Assembly (NCBI GenBank): GCA_963766065.1
Contig: CAVYAC010000061.1
Location: 74,090 to 98,089, forward strand
Length of the DNA stretch: 24,000 bases
Direction of reading: 5' to 3'
Source: an uncultured Verrucomicrobiae bacterium
Lineage (GTDB): Bacteria > Verrucomicrobiota > Verrucomicrobiia > Palsa-1439
Each line of letters starts with the position of its first letter. Position 1 is the stretch's first letter. The notes beneath the pieces were generated by a model. It was not told where the DNA came from and made no database searches. It saw only the letters and a program-made list of their open reading frames with translations. Below are positions 9,301 to 17,742 of this stretch, piece by piece. The position numbers and the translations under genes were made by a program.

Positions 9301-10620
9301 TATGGCACCGTTTGGACCGATTCCGCAAGCACACTCAACACACGCTCCAACTGCTCGCCGTTAATGCAGTACGGCGGCATCAGCACGATGGTGTTGCCAA
9401 TGGGCCGGGTGAGCACGCCTCGTCAACGCATTTCCGCACAGACCTTGATGCCAATCCTGTCGGTCAACGGAAACGGCTTCTTCGCGCCAACATCTTGAGA
9501 CAATTCGATGGCGCCGATCATCCCGATGTGCCGCACGTCTCCGACGTGCGGAAGTTGTCTCATCAATTCCAAGCCGGCGCGCAGGTGTTCACACTTTGGT
9601 TGGAGCGCCTTCAACGTTTGCTCTTCTTCGAACACTTGCAAATTTCCCAACGCCGCCGCGCAGCCGAGCTGGTTGCCTGTGTAACTATGGCCATGGAAGA
9701 ACGTCTTGAACTCGCTGTAGTCGCCAAGAAATGCCCGGAAAATTTCCTCGGTCGTCAGCGTCACCGCCAGCGGCAGATAACCACCGGTGAGGCCCTTCGC
9801 CACCGCCATTAGGTCGGGCGTCACGCCTTCCTGCTCGCAGGCGAACATCGTTCCCGTGCGCCCGAAGCCGGTCATTACTTCATCGGCAATCAACAGCGCG
9901 CCCGGCTCGGTGCATAGACGCCGCAATTCGCCCAGCAGTCCGCGCCTCCACAGCCGCATCCCGGCCGCGCCTTCAACGAGTGGCTCGATCACAACCGCCG
10001 CAATCGAGTCCTTATGCCCGTGAAACACCCTCTTCAAATTCGATAGATCGCTTACCCGAATCACGTCAAACAATAGAGGTTTGAACGCCGCGTGAAACAA
10101 ATCAATCCCCCCCCACGCTGACCGCACCCAGCGTGTCGCCGTGGTACGCATCGGCAAACGCCACAAACTTCGTGCGCTGCGGCTGTTTCCGGTGCCGCCA
10201 GTATTGCAGCGCCATTTTGATGGACACCTCCATCGCGGTCGAGCCGTCATCGGAATAGAACACCCGCGTCAGTCCCCGCGGCGCAATCGCCACCAGTTTT
10301 TCCGCCAGTTCAATGGCAGGCCCATTCGAGAGGCCAAGGAATGACGAATGTGCGATCCTGTCGAGCTGATCCTTGATGGCCTGTGTAATCTTCGGGTGCT
10401 GATGACCATGGAGATTCGTCCAGATCGAGGAATTCGCATCGATATACTCGCGCCCGTTCACGTCCCGCAGAATTGCGCCCTGCCCCGACTCAATGATGAC
10501 GGGCTCTTCTCCCATCCAGTCCTTCATCTGCGTGAACGGATGCCAGAGGTGGCGATGGTCCTTGTCAGCGAGTGAGTCCACCAAACTCCCCCAGGAATTG
10601 TTCGATATCGCGTGGCTCAT
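9300..10620 (-). pseudogene. bioA: Adenosylmethionine-8-amino-7-oxononanoate aminotransferase BioA, reading frame disrupted as sequenced (frameshift + in-frame TGA)
   Basis: The N-terminal fragment 10102..10620 ends YHGDTLGAVSVGGD*. The C-terminal homology (GGIDLFHAAFKPLLF to CAEMR) is in another frame (ORF 9423..10250). After the TGA at 9423-9425 the same frame continues RGVLTRPIGNTIVLMPPYCINGEQLERVL to TAA 9300-9302. The frames switch in a G8 run (C8 on + strand, 10107-10114). Confidence 0.85.
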
Positions 10621-11731
10621 GCGCGGCGGTCACCGTGACCCGCAGGCGGGCTTTGCCCTTCGGAACGGTCGGAAAACGAATGGCCGGAACAAAGATACCG
10701 CGCTCGTAAAGCCTCTGTGAAGTTTCCACGGTGGCCGCCTTGTCCCCGATAATGATCGGGATGATCGGACTGCGGGATTCATTCTGGATACCGAGCGCCG
10801 ACAATCCGTTTTTCATGAGGCTCACGTTGCGCCAGAGCCGGTCGCGTCGTTCATGCCCACGCTCGCTCATGACAAAGTCCACGGCTGCCGCGGACGCCGC
10901 GCACACCGCCGGCGGCAACGCTGTCGAATAAATCAGGCTGCGCGCCCGATTTCGCAGGAAGTCGATCAACACTTGGGATCCGACAACAAAACCGCCCAGG
11001 CACCCAAGCGCTTTGCTGAGCGTGCCGAGTGTGACATCGACCTTGTCCTCCACGCCGGTGGCCTCAGCAAGACCACGGCGATTCTTCGCATACAATCCGG
11101 TCGCGTGCGCTTCATCAATCATCAGCCATGCCCCGTATTCTTCTTTCAGCTCGACGATCTCCGCCAACGGCGCCAGATCGCCGTCCATGGAAAATACCGT
11201 CTCGGTCACGACAAGCGTCCGTCGAAACGAGCCGCTCTGTTGAAGAATGGCTTCGAGCTTTTTCAGGTTCTTGTGCGGGTAGACGCGAATCGTCGCGCCG
11301 CTCTGGCGGGCGCCGTCGATGATGCTCGCGTGATCCAGCTTATCGAGAATGACCACATCTCGTTCCCCGACCAGCGCGGTAATGGTGCCGACATTGGCCG
11401 CATAACCGCTGCTGAAAACCAGTGCGGCTTCCTTTGCCTTGAACGCCGTGAGTCTGCGCTCCAAGTCCTCGTAGGGTTGCAAGTTCCCGGACACGAGGCG
11501 CGACGCGCCGGCCCCGACCCCATACTTCTCCATCGCATTCACCCACGCCTGTCTCAACACCGGGTCGTTGGCCAAGGCAAGGTAATCGTTGCTGGAAAAG
11601 TTCAGAAACTCGCGGCCATTGAGCTGGATGCGCGGGCCTTGCGCCGATGTCACGTTCCGCAGGGTGCGGTACAACCCTTCCGCACGCGTCTTGTCCAAGT
11701 CAGCGCCGAGTTGATCACGGAGATTTGACAT
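10565..11731 (-). CDS. bioF: 8-amino-7-oxononanoate synthase BioF
   Basis: 388-aa ORF with FSSNDYLAL, GAGASRLVSGN and the PLP-lysine region GTLSKALG. It lies directly upstream of bioA. Confidence 0.9.
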   Translation of the reverse strand: MSNLRDQLGADLDKTRAEGLYRTLRNVTSAQGPRIQLNGREFLNFSSNDYLALANDPVLRQAWVNAMEKYGVGAGASRLVSGNLQPYEDLERRLTAFKAKEAALVFSSGYAANVGTITALVGERDVVILDKLDHASIIDGARQSGATIRVYPHKNLKKLEAILQQSGSFRRTLVVTETVFSMDGDLAPLAEIVELKEEYGAWLMIDEAHATGLYAKNRRGLAEATGVEDKVDVTLGTLSKALGCLGGFVVGSQVLIDFLRNRARSLIYSTALPPAVCAASAAAVDFVMSERGHERRDRLWRNVSLMKNGLSALGIQNESRSPIIPIIIGDKAATVETSQRLYERGIFVPAIRFPTVPKGKARLRVTVTAAHEPRDIEQFLGEFGGLTR

Positions 11732-12301
11732 TCGATGAGGAAGATTCCGGCGGCGCTTGATAGATCACCACGGCATGCGGATCGACCCGATAGCGCAGCC
11801 CGGCGCTCTCCGTCACATACTTCAACACATCCGCCAAAGGAACACTGCGAAGATTCATCGTGATCTTGGCGGTCTTGAAGGTCTCTGGTGCCTGCCAGAC
11901 GAAGTTGATCGGAGTATCCGCCCCCGAAACCTTCTGACTTTCCGCCTGCAAAAAGTCAATGACCCCCGCCACACCCGCCCCGCGGAAGTTGACCTCGGGG
12001 ATGATGATTTCATCCAATGTCTCTCGCAGTGCCATGGAGGAATGGGGATCATGCTTCGCAACTTCGATCCCGGAAGCAAGCGCTTGTATTCCAAGTTGTC
12101 CGGGTATAGCTGCAACATCTGCTTGCAGCGCACCTCGGCTTCTTCATACCGGCCTGTCCGCTCCAGAAGGAGCACTGTCTGTTGATCGGTGAGCTGGTAT
12201 GTGTTGGTTTCCATTTCCGCAGCCACAGCCGGCGCGAGGGGCAGCAAACAGGTTAGCGCCAGGAGACCGATGCACACGGTCGCTGAGTTATCGTGTCTCA
12301 T
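11715..12301 (-). pseudogene. Secreted hypothetical protein (signal peptide + TPR-like helices + secretin/TonB-N-terminal STN-like domain), probably frameshifted
   Basis: Fragment A starts at ATG 12301: MRHDNSATVCIGLLALTCLLPLAPAVAA, then TGRYEEAEVRCKQMLQLYPDNLEYKRLLPG, then an R/S-rich off-frame-looking tail down to 11855. Fragment B (first ATG 12035, stop 11715) carries IIPEVNFRGAGVAGVIDFLQ and ITMNLRSVPLADVLKYVTESAGLRYRV. One extra G at the GGG run (12069-12071) would fuse them. Confidence 0.45.
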
Positions 12302-13511
12302 CAACAACCACCTCGCCCCCCACCATTGAGAAACTCACCTGCTTGTCGGCGTAGACAATCGCCTCATAGGGGTCCCCGCCGGTGCCGTCCATCGGCGCGG
12401 CAATCAGGTCGGCCCAAGCGCCGACAGCAACGCGTCCCAGTTTCTCACGGAGGTTCAACGCCTTCGCGGCGTTGACCGTGGCCAAGGTCAACAATTCCTG
12501 GGCTGCCATACGCGGGAACATATGGCCGAGCGTTTGCATTTCGCTCAGCATGTTCAGTGTATCGTTGCTGGCCATGCTGTCGGTACCGAGGCAGGTATTG
12601 ATCCGGTGCTCTTTCCAGGTGTTCAGCGGGGGGCTGCCACGGCCGAAGAAGCGATGCGTCTTGGGGCAGTGCACCACGTGTGTGCCCGTCTGCGTGAGCA
12701 GAGAGACGTCCAGCGGCGTGAGGTAATTCGCGTGGGCGGCGAGGCAGTTGGGCCCAAGCACACCGCACTCGGACAGCAATTGCGTCGGACTTACGCGTTT
12801 GCAGTCGGACATGTCGCGGCCGGCGCGTAAAAAATAGTCATACATATGCCCCGTGCCGCGACGAATCATGTCGTCTTCTTCCTCCGACTCGGCAAGATGC
12901 GTCGTCAACGGAATGTTGCGCCCGCGAGAGTATCGGGCGCAGAGCCGGTACAACTCGGCGGTCGCCGTGTAGGGCGCATGCGGGGAAAACCCAAAACCTC
13001 CGTGCGGGTTGGAATGGCCCGCGATGAACTCCAACACCTGCGCCGCCACTTCGCGGGCGCCTTCGGGACGATTGAAATCGATCATTTCCAGGCACCACCA
13101 CACTCGCAGTTGTGGCGGCGGAATCTGCTCGATGAACCTTGGGAACGACTCGATGTTCACCACCGTGGTCGTCCCGGACCGTGCCAGCATATCCAGACCC
13201 ATTTGGATTCCCTCAAGATACTCCTTTTCGGGGTGAAGTTGCTTCGCGGCGACCAACTGGAGCAGCCACTCGGTGAAACTGCCGCGCCACTGGACCTCAT
13301 CGTGCAGGCGTGTGTAGTCGAGATGGCAATGCGCGTTAATCAACCCCGGTGCCAGCGCCCGTTCGCCCAGGTCGCGAACGTCACCCGTGTGAGCGGCCCG
13401 CACTTCCGCGGTCTTGCCCACGGCCACAATCGTGTCGCCTTCGATGGCTACCGCGCCGTCTTCGATCGGCGGCTGGTCCATCGGCAACACGTATCGCGCT
13501 CGCAAGATCAT
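12288..13511 (-). CDS. Amidohydrolase-family metal-dependent deaminase/chlorohydrolase-like protein
   Basis: ATG at 13511 gives MILRARYVLPM, then GLINAHCHLDYT, THLAESEEE, HCPKTH and LGTDSMASN, the amidohydrolase metal-ligand motifs. The 93-aa extension in the ORF track overlaps the upstream gene and is R/C-rich. Confidence 0.85.
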   Translation of the reverse strand: MILRARYVLPMDQPPIEDGAVAIEGDTIVAVGKTAEVRAAHTGDVRDLGERALAPGLINAHCHLDYTRLHDEVQWRGSFTEWLLQLVAAKQLHPEKEYLEGIQMGLDMLARSGTTTVVNIESFPRFIEQIPPPQLRVWWCLEMIDFNRPEGAREVAAQVLEFIAGHSNPHGGFGFSPHAPYTATAELYRLCARYSRGRNIPLTTHLAESEEEDDMIRRGTGHMYDYFLRAGRDMSDCKRVSPTQLLSECGVLGPNCLAAHANYLTPLDVSLLTQTGTHVVHCPKTHRFFGRGSPPLNTWKEHRINTCLGTDSMASNDTLNMLSEMQTLGHMFPRMAAQELLTLATVNAAKALNLREKLGRVAVGAWADLIAAPMDGTGGDPYEAIVYADKQVSFSMVGGEVVVDETR

Positions 13512-13515
13512 GAAC

Positions 13516-14307
13516 TCATTCTCTCTCGTCGCAAGGGATTCGGATTCGTTCGATGGAACGGGCGCGACCGGTCGTCTCGTCCACGTTGACAATCGCACCA
13601 CACAACGCAACGTCACCCTCCGCAACCTCCATTTTCTGTGGCATCTGGGTGAGAAACCGCTGCAGCACCGCGCCCACGTCCCGTCCCAGCACCGAATCAT
13701 GCGGCCCGCACATGCCGGCGTCCGACAGGTACGCCGTGCCCTTGGGCAGGACGTGCTCATCTGCCGTCGCCACGTGTGTGTGTGTTCCAATCACCGCACT
13801 CACCTTTCCATCCAGAAATCGACCCATGGCAATTTTCTCGCTCGTGGCTTCGGCATGCAAGTCCACAATGATGACTTTCGTCTGCGTGAGCAACCGCGCG
13901 ACCTCGGCTTCGGCAGCGCGAAATGGACAATCCGTGTTCGGCATGAACACCCGGCCAATCAAGTTCAGCACCCCGACGGGCGGTAATCCGTCCAATCGTA
14001 CCACCGTCGATCCCTTCCCCGGGGCGGAAGCGGGGAAGTTCAGAGGACGCAGCAGCCGCGGCTCGCGTTGGATGACCTCGTAGACCTCTTTTTGATCCCA
14101 CACGTGGTCGCCCGAGGTGATCACGTCCACCCCGCTCGTGAGCAATGCGTCCACGGTTGATGCTGTCAGGCCGGCTCCGTGCGCGCTGTTTTCACCGTTG
14201 GCGATGACGAAGTCGATATCCCGTTCCTCCCGCAGGCGCGGCACCAAGGTGGCGACCGCCCGTCGCCCGGGTTTGCCGACGACGTCGCCAATGAACAGGA
14301 TCCTCAT
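13516..14307 (-). CDS. ymdB: YmdB-family metallophosphoesterase (2',3'-cyclic-nucleotide 2'-phosphodiesterase-like)
   Basis: MRILFIGDVVGKPGR, ANGENSAHGAGLT, DLHAEATSEK and GTHTHV. Immediately downstream of rny, the same pairing as in Bacillus. Confidence 0.9.
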   Translation of the reverse strand: MRILFIGDVVGKPGRRAVATLVPRLREERDIDFVIANGENSAHGAGLTASTVDALLTSGVDVITSGDHVWDQKEVYEVIQREPRLLRPLNFPASAPGKGSTVVRLDGLPPVGVLNLIGRVFMPNTDCPFRAAEAEVARLLTQTKVIIVDLHAEATSEKIAMGRFLDGKVSAVIGTHTHVATADEHVLPKGTAYLSDAGMCGPHDSVLGRDVGAVLQRFLTQMPQKMEVAEGDVALCGAIVNVDETTGRARSIERIRIPCDERE

Positions 14308-15845
14308 TTCGCGTACTCCACGGCGCGTGTTTCGCGGACCACGGTGACCTTGATTTGACCGGGATACTGCAACTCCTGCTCGATCTTTTTGCTGATGTTG
14401 CGCGCCATTTGAATCGCCTCGTCATCGGTGACCGTATTCGGTAGCACAAACACGCGAATCTCCCGCCCGGCCTGAAGTGCGTAGCTTTTATCGACACCGG
14501 GAAAGGCGTTGGCGACAGTTTCGAGCTTCTCGAGGCGTTGGAGGTACAAATCCATACTCTCGCTACGGGCGCCGGGTCGCGACGCGCTAATGGCGTCCGC
14601 CGCGCTGGCCAGCACGCCGTACGTGGTGATCGGCTCCACTTCGTGGTGGTGACAGGCCACCCCCTGCCACACCTCTTCCGGCTCGCCGTACTTCCGGAGA
14701 AGCTCCGCACCGATCTTGGCGTGCGACCCTTCGACTTCATGGTCCACCGCCTTGCCGATGTCGTGAAACAGGCCCACGCGCTTGGCGATCTGCTGGTTGA
14801 GCCCGAGTTCCGCCGCCATCATGCCCTCGATCTCGGCGACTTCCACCGAGTGATCCAGCACGTTCTGGGCAAAACTGTGGCGGAATCGAAGCCGTCCAAG
14901 CAACCGGGTCACTTCGGGATGCACTTTCTGCAGCCCAACCCGAATCACCGCCTCCTCCCCCGCTTTGTGGATCAGCCCATCCAGTTCTTCACGGACCTTC
15001 GCGACCTCCTCTTCGATGCGGGCCGGGTTGATCCGGCCGTCGGCGATGAGGCGTTCCAACGTCTGCCGGGCCAACTCGCGACGGACGGGGTCGAACCCGC
15101 TGAGCACCACTGCCTGGGGCGTGTCATCAATGAGCACGTTGATCCCCGTGGTGGCTTCAAAGGCACGAATGTTCCGGCCCTCGCGGCCGATGATGCGCCC
15201 CTTCATCTCCTCGCTCGGGAGCGTAATGGTACAGCTTGTCGCCGTCTGGACGTAGCTCGATGCGCACCGCTCGATCGCAATGGTAATGGTCCGCTTGGCC
15301 TCGCGATCGGCCTGTTGCTTGGCCTCTTCGATGATTCGTCGGGTCATCGCAGCGGCTTCGGAATGTACGTCCTCCTGTAGTTGCATCAGTAGTCGCTTCT
15401 TGGCTTCCTCGGCGCTCAGACCCGCCACCCGTTCCAGTTCCCGCTGGGTCAGCTTCTTCAGATCGTCAATCTCGGTCTGGATCTTGTGGAGTTCTTTCTC
15501 CCGTTCCACAACCGTCACTTCCTTCTTGGAAACCTCCTCCGTCTTTCGGTCGAGCAAATCGGCCTTGCGATCCAGATTGGACTCGCGCTGCATGACCCGC
15601 TTCTCCATCTCCAGCAATTCCTGCCGTCGATCCTTGTTTTCCTTGTCAAACAGCTCTCGTGATTTGTATGTTTCTTCCTGTGCTTTTACCCGCGCATCCC
15701 GAAGCGTTTCGTCCGCTTCCTTCCGCGCGGTCTCAATGATCCCACCAGCCGTTTTGGTGTCCGCTTTCGCCTTCGTCTGGCAAAGTAACCAGCCAAACGC
15801 AACGCCGACGACCAGGGTGATGAGACCGATTATGATATAGGTCAT
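14304..15845 (-). CDS. rny: Ribonuclease Y
   Basis: 513 aa: N-terminal TM helix (IIIGLITLVVGVAFGWLL), a long coiled coil, a KH region (GRIIGREGRNIRAFE) and an HD domain (HSVEVAEIEG, LFHDIGKA). ATGA overlaps at both ends. Confidence 0.95.
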   Translation of the reverse strand: MTYIIIGLITLVVGVAFGWLLCQTKAKADTKTAGGIIETARKEADETLRDARVKAQEETYKSRELFDKENKDRRQELLEMEKRVMQRESNLDRKADLLDRKTEEVSKKEVTVVEREKELHKIQTEIDDLKKLTQRELERVAGLSAEEAKKRLLMQLQEDVHSEAAAMTRRIIEEAKQQADREAKRTITIAIERCASSYVQTATSCTITLPSEEMKGRIIGREGRNIRAFEATTGINVLIDDTPQAVVLSGFDPVRRELARQTLERLIADGRINPARIEEEVAKVREELDGLIHKAGEEAVIRVGLQKVHPEVTRLLGRLRFRHSFAQNVLDHSVEVAEIEGMMAAELGLNQQIAKRVGLFHDIGKAVDHEVEGSHAKIGAELLRKYGEPEEVWQGVACHHHEVEPITTYGVLASAADAISASRPGARSESMDLYLQRLEKLETVANAFPGVDKSYALQAGREIRVFVLPNTVTDDEAIQMARNISKKIEQELQYPGQIKVTVVRETRAVEYAK

Positions 15846-16435
15846 TGTCGGTTACCCCTGAGGTTGACCACTCGTGTTTCCGTCACAATAAAGTCCATGC
15901 GGGCGTCATGCGCTTCCGCCGGGACCTCGTCCAATACCTGGAAATCGAAGGCCAGCGCGATCTTGACACCGCTGGTTTGCCCCAGCAGCCGGTCGAAATG
16001 ACCTGATCCGCGGCCCAATCGGTTTCCCGTTTCGTCGAACGCCAACCCGGGCACCAGCGCGACGTCGATCTGATCGAGCGCCACCGGTCGTATTACCCCG
16101 GGTTTCGGTTCTAAAACTCCAAATTTGCCTGCCGTCAACTCGTTATCAAAATCCTGCAGCTCGGAAGCGGTGTAGCCTTGCGTCGCCGGTTCAAATCGCG
16201 GCACAGACACCTGTCGGCCCATGGCGAGCAACTGACGGATCAGTCCCTGCGTGTCCACTTCGTTTCCCATGGACACGTACACCAGCAACCGCGTGGCGAT
16301 TACGAATTCCCTCAGCACCGACAACCGCTCCCAGATGGCGGCGCTCTTCGCGCGAACATCGGCCCCGCCCTGCCCAGCCAAGCGCGCGCGCATCTGTTCC
16401 CGCAGCGCTATCTTTTCTTGAGCAGCTGTTTCCAT
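15842..16435 (-). CDS. 5-formyltetrahydrofolate cyclo-ligase
   Basis: ATG at 16435 gives METAAQEKIALREQMRARL, then VALVPGLAFDETGNRLGRGSGHFDRLL, typical of MTHFS/YgfA. The ORF-track extension to 16747 overlaps rarA and is R-rich. Confidence 0.85.
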   Translation of the reverse strand: METAAQEKIALREQMRARLAGQGGADVRAKSAAIWERLSVLREFVIATRLLVYVSMGNEVDTQGLIRQLLAMGRQVSVPRFEPATQGYTASELQDFDNELTAGKFGVLEPKPGVIRPVALDQIDVALVPGLAFDETGNRLGRGSGHFDRLLGQTSGVKIALAFDFQVLDEVPAEAHDARMDFIVTETRVVNLRGNRQ

Positions 16436-17742
16436 TTGTCCATTCGTTCGCGAACCTTGATCTCGAAGCCTTGGTCGCCCGGCTCGTAATACTTGCGATG
16501 CTCGGGTAGATGGTTTTGTTCGACAACGTGTCCTTCGAAATCGTGGGCGTACTTGTACCCTTCCCCGTGGCCGAGTCGCGCCGCACCCTTGTAATGCGTG
16601 TCCTTGAGGTGCTGGGGGACTTCCAGCGTTCGTCCCTGTTCCACGTCGGCTTTGGCGCTCCAGATCCCTTTCGCGCTGGCATTCGATTTCGGCGCGGTCG
16701 CGCAATATACCGTCGCTTCGGCCAACGGCAACTCGCCTTCGGGCCAACCGATGAACTCTACGGCGTGATGCGCCGCCACCGACAGAACCAGCGCCTGCGG
16801 GTCTGCCAAGCCGATGTCTTCCGCGGCCAGGATCACGATCCGTCGCGCGATAAATCGGGGGTCTTCCCCGGCAACCACCATTTTCGCCAGCCAGTACAAC
16901 GCCGCATCGGGATCGCTGCCGCGCATCGATTTGATGAACGCCGAGATCGTGTCGTAGTGCTCGTCCTCGTCCGCGTCGTAGACCACGGCCTTCTTCTGAA
17001 TGGACTCTTCGGCAATCTCCCTGGTGATATGCCCCGACGGAGTGGTCAGGACACCGATTTCCAAGGAATTAAGCGCTTTGCGTCCGTCGCCATCACAAGC
17101 TGTGGCGAGAAAATCCAGTGCGGCGGCGTCCACTTTGACTTTCTTCGTTCCGAGGCCACGGTCTTTGTCTGTCAACGCCCGCAGCATCAATTCCTTGATG
17201 TCCGCCGGTGTGAGCGGCTTGAGCTGGAAAATCTGCGACCGCGACACCAGCGGCGAGTTGACATAGAAGAACGGATTGTGCGTCGTTGCCCCGATTAGAC
17301 GGACCGTCCCGTTCTCCACGTCGGGCAACAGCACGTCCTGTTGCGCCTTGTTGAACCGGTGAATCTCGTCAATGAACAGGATCGTGCGTTGGCCCGCATT
17401 GGTGAGACGATTGGCCGCCGTGGCGATCACGCGACGGATATCCGCGACGTTCGATTCCACGCCGCTCAGGCTCTCGAACTTGCTCTTGGTGGCGTTGGCG
17501 ATGACCTGCGCAAGGGAGGTCTTGCCCGTTCCCGGCGGCCCATAGAAAATGATGGAACTGATGCGGTCGGCGTTGATCGCGCGCCACAGTAACTTGCCTT
17601 CTCCGAGGATGTGGCGTTGCCCGACGAAGTCTTCCAGTGTCCGCGGGCGCATACGCGTGGCCAATGGAGCCGTGGCGAGGTCGCCAGCCTCCGCCGTGGC
17701 GGCGGGTCTCGGGGATTGGTTGGAAAATAGGTTGTCGGTCAT
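16408..17742 (-). CDS. rarA: Replication-associated recombination protein A (AAA+ ATPase RarA/MgsA)
   Basis: Walker A FYGPPGTGKTSLA, Walker B ILFIDEIHRF, GATTHNPFF, and the C-terminal MgsA region (DAALYWLAKM, YKYAHDF). ATG 17742 is preferred over TTG 17751. Confidence 0.9.
   Translation of the reverse strand: MTDNLFSNQSPRPAATAEAGDLATAPLATRMRPRTLEDFVGQRHILGEGKLLWRAINADRISSIIFYGPPGTGKTSLAQVIANATKSKFESLSGVESNVADIRRVIATAANRLTNAGQRTILFIDEIHRFNKAQQDVLLPDVENGTVRLIGATTHNPFFYVNSPLVSRSQIFQLKPLTPADIKELMLRALTDKDRGLGTKKVKVDAAALDFLATACDGDGRKALNSLEIGVLTTPSGHITREIAEESIQKKAVVYDADEDEHYDTISAFIKSMRGSDPDAALYWLAKMVVAGEDPRFIARRIVILAAEDIGLADPQALVLSVAAHHAVEFIGWPEGELPLAEATVYCATAPKSNASAKGIWSAKADVEQGRTLEVPQHLKDTHYKGAARLGHGEGYKYAHDFEGHVVEQNHLPEHRKYYEPGDQGFEIKVRERMDKWKQLLKKR

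Noticed and set aside
9423-9425. TGA in bioA as evidence of stop-codon reassignment (code 4/25) or selenocysteine
   Set aside because: TGA ends many genes here at sensible, often overlap-coupled termini: 1107, 8062, 8446, 10565, 11715, 13516, 14304, 15842 and 18152. BioA is not a known selenoprotein, and no other conserved gene in the window needs TGA read-through.
7993-9498. 501-aa + strand ORF spanning the riboswitch, the Fe-S carrier, amrB and the bioA 3' end
   Set aside because: It is antisense to three well-supported genes and an RNA element. The translation is H/R-rich with no domain signature, so it is a shadow ORF.
12288-13790. N-terminal extensions suggested by the ORF track (amidohydrolase to 13790, MTHFS to 16747, oxidoreductase to 6144, Fe-S carrier to 8439, DUF2148 from 534, rarA to 17751)
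   Set aside because: The extensions overlap the upstream genes, are R/C/S-rich and carry no family conservation. Internal ATG codons sit right at the start of the conserved sequence.
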